From Minisyncoccota bacterium (GTDB taxonomy: Bacteria > Patescibacteriota > Minisyncoccia > UBA6257 > 1-14-0-10-40-38), in contig JAGVPS010000028.1 of the NCBI GenBank assembly GCA_020052135.1, positions 1-34,055 on the forward strand: a stretch of DNA of 34,055 bases. Direction: 5' to 3'. The notes below the pieces were generated by a model. The model was not told where the DNA came from. It worked only from the letters and a program-made list of their open reading frames with translations, and did no database searches. The translations under genes were made by a program, and so were the position numbers. Numbering within the stretch: the first letter of the stretch is position 1; each line of letters opens with the position of its first letter. Below are positions 1-8,672 of this stretch, one piece after another.

Positions 1-1959
1 AAGCTCGTAAGCCAGAGTGGTCAAGTACTTGCAGGACCAGTTGACATAACCGCAACGTCCCCGAACGTAACCTTTACGGATACGATTGAGTATCCCGTGG
101 GCACCTCGGTTATGACCTTAAAAGGTAGACTGGGAACTGATTATGCGACCGATGATACCGTTGCCGCATCCACGACTCCTGATTCCAACTGGACAACGGT
201 GAAGGGCGTGAATACCAACCAAACCATCAGTCTTTCAACCGCAGTCTTCACCGGCAATACGATGACGGTAAAAGCGGGAGCACTCCGTGTTTCCACATCT
301 CCGACACCGATTGCCCAGACCGTGGTTGCAGGTATAAACGGCTACAACTTCGCGAACTTCACGCTTGATGCAACTGCATCAGGTGAGGATGTCCGATTGA
401 ATTCAGTACAGGTTGAGTTTAACTTTGGCACCGCGAACTCGAACGATGATCTCACGAGTTGTCAGATATTCGATGGCGCGACTGCCCTTAACACCGGTAC
501 GAACGTGGTTAATGGCGCAAACGCCGATACAACTGCCGATGACAAGACCTTCACGTTCGATACAAGCTTGACCATTCCGAAAGGAACGGTGAAGACCTTG
601 GCGTTGAAGTGCAACATCGCAAAAGGCGGTAGCGGCACCACATACACCTTGGAAATCCCCGGTGATGCGGATGACATGATTCCGACGGGCGTAACCTCAG
701 GGTCTACGATCACCGAAACCTACGATGATACGACTGGTCAGGCAATTACACTTGCCACCGGCGGATCGCTCGCCATTGCACTTGATTCACAGAGTCCGTC
801 AATTGCGCTCGCAAATGCGAACACAACCGGCGTAACGCTCTCTGCGTATCGCTTCACGGCAACGAATGAAGCAGTCAAGGTAACACAGATCGGTCTTATG
901 CTCGGCGGTACCGCTTCGAACACTCCGCAGGATGTTACGAAAGTAACCTTGTGGGATGGCTCGACTCTCCTTGGTGAAGCAATCTTCACCTCTGATACCG
1001 CGACCGCAACCTTCGCAACTGGATTCACCGTACCGAAAGATAGCGATAAGGTCCTTACCATCAAGGGTGATATTGCGACGATCGGTGTCTCTGACCCAGC
1101 TCGTCCGGGCCACTTGATCCGGGTAGAAATTGATCCGAATGCGGCAGATGCTTCAGGTGATGCCACCCGAGGTATTGGTCAAGATTCCGGTAACACGATC
1201 TACTCGACTGGTTCTCCGGCAGCTTCAGCAGGAGTCCGCATCTTCAAGGCGGTTCCGATACTCGCAAAGGTTGCGCTCTCTTCGACGAAGCTCACTAACA
1301 CGACGCTTCCGCTCTACCGATTCTCGGTAACAGCACCGTCAACGGGTAGCGTGGGTCTCTACAAGTTCACGTACAATATCTCGACCTCCACGGGAGGCGC
1401 GCTAACGTACTCCATCACGAGCTTGCAGGTCCGTGGGTACCTTGACTCCGCGTTCTCGCAGACTGCGTACAGTAATGGCGGTCTCTTGAACTCTGGATCA
1501 GTGGGTGATGCCGGAGGCGTTACGAACGACGGCACCAATCTCTACAGTGTCCGATTTGACCCGACAACCGCAGGCACCGTCGAGGCCATTCAGGTCCCGG
1601 CTGGTACTACACGGTACTTCGAGCTCATTGGTACGGTAGCGAACATGGGCGCAACAACCACCTACACGGCTAACGTTAGACTGGAAGGTGATGCCGCATA
1701 CACTGCGGGTGCATGTACTTCATGCGACACACCAGGCGACACGTATACCGGTGCGCCTCTTGCGGCTACGACCGGCGGCATGAACTACACGTTTGCGACG
1801 ACTGCGGCGAATGTTGATGCAGACGCGACCCACGATGACTTCATCTGGGCTGGCAATGCCACAACGACCTCTGGTATCGCAACGTATGACTTCATGAACG
1901 GATTCCAGATTCCTGGACTCCCACCGACGAACACGACCGCAGAAGCGCTCTCGTCCTAA
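1..1959 (+). CDS. Large Thr/Gly/Ala-rich surface (S-layer-like) protein, 5'-truncated by the window edge
   Basis: The frame is open from base 1 (KLVSQSGQVLAGPVD...) to TAA at 1957-1959. Repeated beta-rich modules (e.g. LTIPKGTVKTLALKCNI, FTVPKDSDKVLTIKGDI, IQVPAGTTRYFELIG), very high T/G/A/S content, and a strong terminator follows. Confidence 0.75.
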   Translation, partial: KLVSQSGQVLAGPVDITATSPNVTFTDTIEYPVGTSVMTLKGRLGTDYATDDTVAASTTPDSNWTTVKGVNTNQTISLSTAVFTGNTMTVKAGALRVSTSPTPIAQTVVAGINGYNFANFTLDATASGEDVRLNSVQVEFNFGTANSNDDLTSCQIFDGATALNTGTNVVNGANADTTADDKTFTFDTSLTIPKGTVKTLALKCNIAKGGSGTTYTLEIPGDADDMIPTGVTSGSTITETYDDTTGQAITLATGGSLAIALDSQSPSIALANANTTGVTLSAYRFTATNEAVKVTQIGLMLGGTASNTPQDVTKVTLWDGSTLLGEAIFTSDTATATFATGFTVPKDSDKVLTIKGDIATIGVSDPARPGHLIRVEIDPNAADASGDATRGIGQDSGNTIYSTGSPAASAGVRIFKAVPILAKVALSSTKLTNTTLPLYRFSVTAPSTGSVGLYKFTYNISTSTGGALTYSITSLQVRGYLDSAFSQTAYSNGGLLNSGSVGDAGGVTNDGTNLYSVRFDPTTAGTVEAIQVPAGTTRYFELIGTVANMGATTTYTANVRLEGDAAYTAGACTSCDTPGDTYTGAPLAATTGGMNYTFATTAANVDADATHDDFIWAGNATTTSGIATYDFMNGFQIPGLPPTNTTAEALSS

Positions 1960-2006
1960 CCATCTTGAGCAGTCGCCGTATAGGCGACTGGGTTAACGGA
2001 TAGAGT
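1958..2006. repeat. ~49-nt hairpin motif, copy A (similar to 14547-14593)
   Basis: AACC..CTTGA..TCGCCGTA..GCGAcTGGGTT..AACGGaTAGAGT; inner stem CAGTCGCC/GGCGACTG at 1970-1990. Confidence 0.55.
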
Positions 2007-2007
2007 A

Positions 2008-2042
2008 AAACTGCCCCGCAGAAATGCGGGGCAGTTTGTTTT
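2008..2042 (+). terminator. Intrinsic terminator of the surface-protein gene
   Basis: 13-bp perfect stem AAACTGCCCCGCA/TGCGGGGCAGTTT with a GAAA loop and T-rich tail. Confidence 0.85.
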
Positions 2043-2072
2043 CTAAGGAGGAGGATGCATACTGCATGCGTA

Positions 2073-2081
2073 TGGTATAAT
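2073..2081 (+). promoter_or_regulatory. Extended -10 promoter (TGgTATAAT), probably leaderless transcript
   Basis: TGGTATAAT ends 7 nt before the ATG at 2089. Confidence 0.65.
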
Positions 2082-2088
2082 TAAGTTC

Positions 2089-3441
2089 ATGAATAGAAAA
2101 CACATAGCATTTTTTATGGGGACAGGAATCTCATTGTTCCTATTTAGTTTTGTAGCTTTTGGACAAACTACCGCTGATCTTCAGGCGCAAATTCAGCAGC
2201 TTCTAAACCAGGTTGCGACATTGCAAGCGCAGCTAGTGCAAAAACCTGCTGCTCCGCCCTGTACCTTTTCCCGTACTTTGACGGTGGCCATAACTGGAGA
2301 AGATGTGCGTTGTTTGCAAAAATATTTAAATGCCAACGGCTTCATAATTACAGAGAACGGCGTTGGTTCCGTGGGTCAAGAATCCACCTACTTCGGCTTA
2401 AAAACCAAAGCCGCGGTCATCGCCTGGCAATCCGTGCAAAAGATTGCGCCGACAAGCGGGATTTTCGGCCCCATTTCGCGTGCTCGCTATGCTGAGCTTG
2501 CGATAGCCCCCGTGTTGCCCCCTCCACCTCCGCCGACGGATCCGGCACCCGTACCTCCGCCAGCAGTTGTGCCGCCTCCCACAGAGCCTCCATCAGTAAC
2601 GCAACCGACATGTTATGAACGGCTCGTGCCGAGCGCCTATCCCACCATCCAGGCCGCGGTAGATGTAGCGTGTCCAGACGATCATATCGTCGTTGCTCCA
2701 GGTAATTACGCAGAGAGTATTACGGTTGGCACCACGGGGCTTACGCTCACTGCCGCCAGTGGTCCGATGCTGACCACGATTGCTCCACCCACTGGTCCGG
2801 GAATTATGCTTGATGGAGGAGTAGGCGCCGTCACCATTGATGGGTTTATGATTGTGGGAACTTCTGAACACCCAGGCATCTATGTACCTGTTTCCGGAAG
2901 CGCATCGGTAGTGATCAAACATTCAATAATCAAAAATACATCGGTTGGCATATCAGTTGTCGCCACGAGCGGCACGGTGCTCATAGAGCGAAACCTCATT
3001 GTAAATAACAGATTTGAGGGTATCCACGACGGAGTTTCAGGAACAGGACTTATCCGCGCAGAGCATAACACGCTCATTGGGAACGATATCGGGTATTTTC
3101 TCGATACGACCGGCGGTACACACCGTGTCATAAATAGCATCGTTACTAGTAACTTGCGCTACGGCATCGCGCTCTCTTCGGCGTCAACTGATCAGGAGTA
3201 CAAGATTCTCTCCGTGAACTACACCGATACGTGGGGGAATAAAACGGAAAACTACTACTCTCATCGCACCGGGAGTACCTTTACTCCAGTAGGAATCGGC
3301 AATCTTATATCTAATCCGATTCTTCTCGAAACCTATATACCAGCCGCCACTTCTCCGGTGGTAGATACGGGAGACCCTACATTCCCGAACGATACCGATG
3401 GAACACGTGCGGATATCGGTGTATACATGGTGGAGCAGTAG
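2089..3441 (+). CDS. Secreted protein: coiled coil + peptidoglycan-binding domain + Pro-rich linker + right-handed parallel beta-helix (pectin lyase-like) domain
   Basis: N-terminal signal peptide; DLQAQIQQLLNQVATLQAQL; PG_binding_1-like GEDVRCLQKYLN...YFGLKTKAAVIAWQ...GIFGPISRA; poly-Pro linker; YPTIQAAVD..VAPGNY followed by Asn-ladder repeats; C-terminal SPVVDTG...ADIG. Confidence 0.8.
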   Translation: MNRKHIAFFMGTGISLFLFSFVAFGQTTADLQAQIQQLLNQVATLQAQLVQKPAAPPCTFSRTLTVAITGEDVRCLQKYLNANGFIITENGVGSVGQESTYFGLKTKAAVIAWQSVQKIAPTSGIFGPISRARYAELAIAPVLPPPPPPTDPAPVPPPAVVPPPTEPPSVTQPTCYERLVPSAYPTIQAAVDVACPDDHIVVAPGNYAESITVGTTGLTLTAASGPMLTTIAPPTGPGIMLDGGVGAVTIDGFMIVGTSEHPGIYVPVSGSASVVIKHSIIKNTSVGISVVATSGTVLIERNLIVNNRFEGIHDGVSGTGLIRAEHNTLIGNDIGYFLDTTGGTHRVINSIVTSNLRYGIALSSASTDQEYKILSVNYTDTWGNKTENYYSHRTGSTFTPVGIGNLISNPILLETYIPAATSPVVDTGDPTFPNDTDGTRADIGVYMVEQ

Positions 3442-3558
3442 TGAAATTCAGACTATAGATGTACCCATGAGCATCAGCTGACCCATTATACAAAAAGGGA
3501 ATTCTTTTCGAGTGAACGCGATTGTGGTGCCATATAGATTTCTGCTACTATGTCTACT

Positions 3559-4233
3559 ATGGGGAAAATAGATAAATGGATTTTGTGGATTGGCGGTATA
3601 GCGATCGCCATATTTTTTCTGATAGCGCTCTCTGTGCGAAGCAACGCCCCGCTATCGGAAGAACAGGCAACTACAACGCCTCCTCTCGAGGAAGACGTTG
3701 AAGTGGATGAAGAAATAAGCGGTGAAACTGAAGGAACTACAGTGGTCTTCCCGCCGTATATAGGTGATCCGATCGAGAACATCGGAAACGATTCTTTTAT
3801 AGCCCAAGTGCCTCCTGCCTCTCTCTTAGCATACAAAACCGAACTTGCTGAGCTCAAAGCTTCGCTTTCTAAAAAGCCAGGCAATTTTGATGGCTGGCTC
3901 CGACTCGGTGTTATTAAAAAATTCTTTAACAATTATACAGGTGCGCGCGATGCATGGGAATACGCGAACATAATCGCACCAAAAAACTCAAGTGCCTACT
4001 ACAATCTTGGCGGACTCTACGGTGCCTATCTTAAAGATTTTAAGAAAGCAGAGGAGCGTTACCTCACTGCAATAGAAAATGACCCCAAGTTTTCATATTT
4101 GTATGTAGACTTTGCCAATTTTTATTGGACTTTTGATATATCGAAAAAGCATCTGGCAAAAGGCGTGATTGAAAAGGGGCTCGTAGCACTCCCCGATGAC
4201 CCCTCCCTTCTCCAGGCGCTTGAGCGGTATTAA
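3559..4233 (+). CDS. Membrane-anchored TPR-repeat protein
   Basis: N-terminal TM helix, acidic linker and TPR-like helices (AYYNLGGLYG..AEERYLTAIENDP). The ORF track starts at 3550; ATG 3559 is preferred because TGcTACTAT (3543-3551) lies 7 nt upstream of it. Confidence 0.75.
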   Translation: MGKIDKWILWIGGIAIAIFFLIALSVRSNAPLSEEQATTTPPLEEDVEVDEEISGETEGTTVVFPPYIGDPIENIGNDSFIAQVPPASLLAYKTELAELKASLSKKPGNFDGWLRLGVIKKFFNNYTGARDAWEYANIIAPKNSSAYYNLGGLYGAYLKDFKKAEERYLTAIENDPKFSYLYVDFANFYWTFDISKKHLAKGVIEKGLVALPDDPSLLQALERY

Positions 4234-4245
4234 CGAGGACATACA

Positions 4246-5808
4246 GTGAAGATTTCTCCCCTCATTGTTCTAGGGAGTATCGCCTTGATCGGAATTTCTG
4301 CCGTCTTACATTTTTCGTCTCCACATATTGCTGATGCGGATAGCTTTTTGTACATGCGGCAGGCATATCGCTTCCGCACGGAGTCGCTGTTTGACACTTC
4401 GTTTCCGTGGTTTTCGCACACTATTATTGAAGATTGGGGAGTTTCTTTGTGGTATGGATTCTCTATTTTACTCATACCATTCACGTTCTTTTCTGACCTT
4501 ACGCTTGGGATAAAAATCGCTGGCGTGGTTTTTACAACGTTTGCGCTTTTTATATATTACTGGATTGCTAAAAAGGAACACCTGCGATGGTCCTTTGTAT
4601 GGCCACTTGTCATTCTTGGCGCTACACCGAACACCATGTTTCGGCTTCTCATGGTTCGGATGCAGATTTTGACAGTGCCATTGTCAGCACTTCTTTTGTG
4701 GTTTCTTGTTCGGGGATATACATGGGCTTCATTTGTGGCATCATTTCTTATCGTATGGATTCATGGCAACTTTGCGTGGGTTCCTTTCCTGCTCTTAGGC
4801 ACGGCTCAGGGCGTTGCATTTATTTTCGAGAGGCGCTTTCTGTGGCGCGAAGGACTGGCAGTCATGGGCGGTTTTCTTGCGGGATGGCTACTCCGCCCCC
4901 ATCCCTTTTCTGCCGCGCGGGTTTTTTATACGCAAATAGTGGAACATTCGCTCGTGAAGAAAGCAGGCCTCCCTCTGCTTTTTGGAGCTGAACACTTTCC
5001 TCTTTCCTTCGCAGTATTCACAAGAAATTTCTTATGGTTCGCCATCGTGGAGGCAGTTGCCCTCATATTTTTTATATGGCTCTCAAAACAGGAGAAAATC
5101 ACAAATATAGATACACGGAAAACAAAAACTTTTATCGCTGGATTTTTTGCCGTTTCTCTCGGGTTTTTCATACTCACCATGCTTTTTAGCAGGCGTGCGT
5201 ATGATTTCTGGGTTGTTTGCGGAGTTCTTGCAATCGGAGGCACTCTCTCCTACGGATGGGAAAAAATTCGGAAAGGAAAAATACGAAACGTCGTCCTCGT
5301 TGTTGGTGCGATCATGATTCTTGTCATGGGTGTCCGGAGCATCGTCAAAACAAAAGCGAGTCTCGATACGGCCGGCTATCCTCCGCGCGGAGAAGCGGAG
5401 GTTTCCAAATGGCTCGCAGAGCATAGCAAGGAGGGAAACGTAGTATTTAACATCCACTGGCCATTATCCTCACGGCTTTTCTTTTGGAATCAAAAAAACT
5501 ATTACGTCGGCGGCTTTGATCCTATCTTTGAATATGCCGAGGATCGATCTCTTTATTGGAAGCACCATTATATTGCCGAAGACCAGGAAATAATTCTTTT
5601 AGGAAAAACATGTCGCGCGGTCGAGTGTCGCGGGGATGAACTGGAGAATATCTACCCGTTTATACGAGAAGAACTGGGCGCAAAATTTGTTCTTGTGGAG
5701 ACGAAGAGGAATCCCCGAGCTTTTCAATATTTCTCCTCTGATAAACGATTTGAAAAAGTTTTTGAAAATGGGGATAGTGTGGTATTTAAGGTCAAAACCG
5801 GCGTATGA
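4246..5808 (+). CDS. Multi-pass membrane protein, probable GT-C fold glycosyltransferase
   Basis: Many TM helices, acidic motif (ADADSF) in the first external loop, and a soluble C-terminal domain (WLAEHSKEG..VFN..W). Confidence 0.6.
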   Translation: MKISPLIVLGSIALIGISAVLHFSSPHIADADSFLYMRQAYRFRTESLFDTSFPWFSHTIIEDWGVSLWYGFSILLIPFTFFSDLTLGIKIAGVVFTTFALFIYYWIAKKEHLRWSFVWPLVILGATPNTMFRLLMVRMQILTVPLSALLLWFLVRGYTWASFVASFLIVWIHGNFAWVPFLLLGTAQGVAFIFERRFLWREGLAVMGGFLAGWLLRPHPFSAARVFYTQIVEHSLVKKAGLPLLFGAEHFPLSFAVFTRNFLWFAIVEAVALIFFIWLSKQEKITNIDTRKTKTFIAGFFAVSLGFFILTMLFSRRAYDFWVVCGVLAIGGTLSYGWEKIRKGKIRNVVLVVGAIMILVMGVRSIVKTKASLDTAGYPPRGEAEVSKWLAEHSKEGNVVFNIHWPLSSRLFFWNQKNYYVGGFDPIFEYAEDRSLYWKHHYIAEDQEIILLGKTCRAVECRGDELENIYPFIREELGAKFVLVETKRNPRAFQYFSSDKRFEKVFENGDSVVFKVKTGV

Positions 5809-7442
5809 TAAAAGACACAAAAGCGAGAGCAATGATCCTTATCTGTATTCTCGCCGTTGCGCTCGGATTACGCCTCTGGGGTCTGGGAGTCCAGGAATTT
5901 GTCGGAGACGAGGGCGCGTATGCGTTCCGTTCCGCGCTCTACCTGGATTACCTCGGCACCAACTTTCAAACACAGCCGATTGATTGGTACGCCAGTACAG
6001 AACTTCCCTCATGGACACAACTCTCTTTTCACGATCATCCTCCGCTCGGGTTTCTTATACGGCATTGGTTTTTTAGTATTTTTGGCGCGACTCCGTTCGT
6101 GGCGCGACTCCCGGGCGTACTTCTCGGCGTGTGTTCAATCGGATTGCTCTATGGAATTTTGAGAAGAAGTCCGATTTTTAAAGACGCGTCTGAATCGTAT
6201 GCATTGTGGGGCGCTCTTCTCGCATCAGTAAGCGGAGCCATGATCTGGAGCTCGCGCGCGGTTCTCCTTGAGCCGTTTGCATTGTTCTTTATTCTTGCAT
6301 CGCTCTATGCCTTTACCCGTTTTACCGAGGACCGTCGGTGGTGGTGGGCGTTAGGCATTGCCTTGGGTTTATCGCTCATCACCAAATACACCACCATTAT
6401 TCTTCTTCCGGTTTTTCTCGTCTATCTCCTGGTATATTATCGGCGGATATTCCGCGATGTACGGCTCTACGGAGCCCTACTCCTCGCACTCCTCTTTCTT
6501 TCTCCGGTTATATCCTACAATTTCAATCTCTATAAAGAGCGAGGGCATTTTGATTTACAGCTCGCCTATGTATTTCAACAAGCGACTCCAGAGTGGACTG
6601 GTCTTCTTGGAAAAAGCGAAGCTCCATTCCGCGAGATTGGAGGACGGACGCGAGATCTCTATGGCGTGAGCGAAATTATAATCGGACTTGCGGGTCTCGG
6701 TGTCATAGCGTTGTTTTGGAAGCGCGCGAATAAGAAAACCGTTGTGCTATGGGCGGCGTATATAATCGGATGTTTTGGTCTCTTCGTGTTGGTCGGAGTG
6801 GCGGAACGATTCATCGTACTCCTTGTTCCCGCAATGGTCGCGCTCGGAGCCGTTCTCTTCGGGGAGATGTTTGATCGAAGTGGAAAAGGCATAAAAAAAT
6901 ACATTGCTCCTGCCCTCCTCATACTTATAGTGTTTAGTGGATCAACTCGATATCTCGCGAATGTCTATAACACAGGAGTTATCGAGCTTGATCAGTATCT
7001 CAGCAAAGAATTTCAGGATACATCATCTGTCGCGCTTCCAAACACGGAGAATCCTCATCTAAACGGCATTATCAAAAAAAACGCGGAGGCGCACTCATCA
7101 GGAAGGCCAACTCGGACGCTCATCGTGTATAGTGATACGCTCGCGCTTCCTTCGCGGTTGTGGCTTTTTGATCGAAGGCTTCTCTTGGAGGGTATTCCGG
7201 TATTTTATGTAGAGGGATTTTCAGAAGCCGTGAAAGCAAACCCCGCAGTTTTTCAAGGGTTTTCAGCGTATTTTATGCAGGCCACGGAATACGGATTTTT
7301 AAATCCATTCAAGAAGGGTAATCAAGCAGGAAATGAATTTGAAAAAACGCTTGTATCGCAAGGGATAGAACCGGTGCGCAGTATATACGGACACGACGGA
7401 CTTCCTATGTTTCGCGTATATACATTTACTATCGAATCTTAA
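5805..7442 (+). CDS. ArnT/PMT-like (GT83/GT39-type) GT-C glycosyltransferase
   Basis: LRLWGL...GDEGAY, DHPPLG, ARLP, LLEP and TKY motifs typical of the PMT_2/ArnT family; ATGA overlap with the upstream gene. Confidence 0.85.
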   Translation: MIKDTKARAMILICILAVALGLRLWGLGVQEFVGDEGAYAFRSALYLDYLGTNFQTQPIDWYASTELPSWTQLSFHDHPPLGFLIRHWFFSIFGATPFVARLPGVLLGVCSIGLLYGILRRSPIFKDASESYALWGALLASVSGAMIWSSRAVLLEPFALFFILASLYAFTRFTEDRRWWWALGIALGLSLITKYTTIILLPVFLVYLLVYYRRIFRDVRLYGALLLALLFLSPVISYNFNLYKERGHFDLQLAYVFQQATPEWTGLLGKSEAPFREIGGRTRDLYGVSEIIIGLAGLGVIALFWKRANKKTVVLWAAYIIGCFGLFVLVGVAERFIVLLVPAMVALGAVLFGEMFDRSGKGIKKYIAPALLILIVFSGSTRYLANVYNTGVIELDQYLSKEFQDTSSVALPNTENPHLNGIIKKNAEAHSSGRPTRTLIVYSDTLALPSRLWLFDRRLLLEGIPVFYVEGFSEAVKANPAVFQGFSAYFMQATEYGFLNPFKKGNQAGNEFEKTLVSQGIEPVRSIYGHDGLPMFRVYTFTIES

Positions 7443-8635
7443 CAAGACGCGCGGTACAATGCTTCGGTTTTCTGTATCATCAAGGAAAGGCTAAACTCTG
7501 TTTGCAAGCGATGCCGGGCTTCTTTTCCAAAGATTTGAGCTCTATAGTGATCTCGCATGAGTTCTTGAAAAGCCCGGGAAAGGCGTTCGGGGTTTTTTTG
7601 AGGAACTACCATGCCCGTTGCGTCGTGCATGACGACTTCAGGCATTCCGCCCGCGTCAGTAACGACTGCTGGGATTCCCGCGGCACAGGATTCAAGAAGC
7701 GCATAGGGCAGGCCTTCTTTTACAGAGGTGAGCGTAAAAAGGTCGAATGCTTTCAGAAATTTTGCATCATCTCCAGTAGGAGGTATCAGAAAAAACCTAT
7801 CTTGTAATTGCCCGCCTGCCGGCGAGGCAGGGTAATTGGTAATTAGTAATTGGAGTTTTGAGTATTCCGGTCCTGCGCCAATGATAAAGAAATACGCATT
7901 TGGAACGAGCGCCGCTGCTTGAATGAGAGTGGCGTAATCTTTTTCTTTGGTTAGTCGGCCGATGGAGCCGATCCAGGGTTTAGCAACTAGTAATTGCCCG
8001 CCTGCCGGCGAGGCAGGGTAATTAGTAATTGGTAATTTTGAAATAATTGCCTTTCGCGCGGAAACCTTATCCAGGAAAGTAAGGTTTTGATAATCAATCC
8101 CATTGTGGATGGTGGTTAACTTTTTAGAAGGCGCTATGGCATAGCGGAGCGCAAGTTTGTAGTCGTATTCTGATACGCAAATAATGTAGTTCTGAAAATA
8201 CGCAGCCATACGATGAAGGCGTATATAAACAAAACGGGCAACAGGAGAAAGTGCGTTTGATGGATTAAAAACCCAGCCATGGGCGGTGAAGATTACTTTT
8301 GCAGGTAAATGGTAAATGGTAAATGGTAAATGATTGTAAAGAAATGCGGCAAACGAGCCGATTACTCCTGCCTTAGAGCTGTTCAGGTGGATAATATCCG
8401 GGTGCTCTTTTCGATATACGCTCATGAGTGAAAAAAGCGCTCTCCAGTCATTTGCGAAGAGCGCGTACCAGGCGATTTTATTTGAAAGCGAGGGAATATC
8501 AACGCCTCCCCGTATGACGCGAATGTCAAAAGAGGCGCGGTCAAGATGTGAGGCGAGATCTGCTACATACTTTTGAGCGCCTCCTACGTCATCTTTGGTG
8601 ATGACATAGAGCACCTTTTTACGTTGCTCATCCAT
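7439..8635 (-). CDS. GT4 family glycosyltransferase carrying two in-frame PASPAGG insertions and a heptamer-repeat insert
   Basis: GGAQKY, HLNSSKAG, FTAHGW, IGRLTKEK and EGLPYALLE (EX7E) motifs. Confidence 0.9.
   Translation of the reverse strand: MDEQRKKVLYVITKDDVGGAQKYVADLASHLDRASFDIRVIRGGVDIPSLSNKIAWYALFANDWRALFSLMSVYRKEHPDIIHLNSSKAGVIGSFAAFLYNHLPFTIYHLPAKVIFTAHGWVFNPSNALSPVARFVYIRLHRMAAYFQNYIICVSEYDYKLALRYAIAPSKKLTTIHNGIDYQNLTFLDKVSARKAIISKLPITNYPASPAGGQLLVAKPWIGSIGRLTKEKDYATLIQAAALVPNAYFFIIGAGPEYSKLQLLITNYPASPAGGQLQDRFFLIPPTGDDAKFLKAFDLFTLTSVKEGLPYALLESCAAGIPAVVTDAGGMPEVVMHDATGMVVPQKNPERLSRAFQELMRDHYRAQIFGKEARHRLQTEFSLSLMIQKTEALYRASC
7804..7852 (-). repeat. Intragenic 21-bp palindromic unit (7811-7831) inside a GTAATTR heptamer array
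   Basis: GTAATTG-[CCCGCCTGCCGGCGAGGCAGG]-GTAATTG-GTAATTA-GTAATTG; encodes QLLITNY-PASPAGG-QL on the minus strand. Confidence 0.95.
7990..8038 (-). repeat. Second copy of the intragenic 21-bp palindromic unit (7997-8017) in a heptamer array
   Basis: GTAATTG-[CCCGCCTGCCGGCGAGGCAGG]-GTAATTA-GTAATTG-GTAATTT. Confidence 0.95.
8304..8331. repeat. Intragenic tandem heptamer (GGTAAAT)x4
   Basis: Four perfect copies; encodes HLPFTIYHLP in the minus-strand GT4. Confidence 0.95.
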
Positions 8636-8643
8636 ACATTTCT

Positions 8644-8652
8644 AGGATACCA
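8644..8652 (-). promoter_or_regulatory. Extended -10 (TGgTATCCT) 8 nt before ATG 8635
   Basis: The minus strand reads TGGTATCCT-AGAAATGT-ATG, with no Shine-Dalgarno sequence. Confidence 0.5.
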
Positions 8653-8672
8653 TTACTTACATCTAACCCTCT

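Noticed and set aside
2045..2084. AAGGAGGAGG followed by a 9-codon ORF upstream of the PG-binding gene
   Set aside because: The SD abuts the ATG with poor spacing, lies just downstream of a strong terminator and upstream of the likely promoter, so translation is doubtful.
4246..5808. Oligosaccharyltransferase (STT3/AglB/PglB) assignment
   Set aside because: No WWDxG motif is visible, so only a generic GT-C-like call is supportable.
7804..8038. CRISPR array or DGR template/variable repeat interpretation of the two nearby repeats
   Set aside because: There are only two copies 186 bp apart inside a conserved ORF, no spacer series, no cas or reverse transcriptase gene, and no adenine-specific mismatch pattern.
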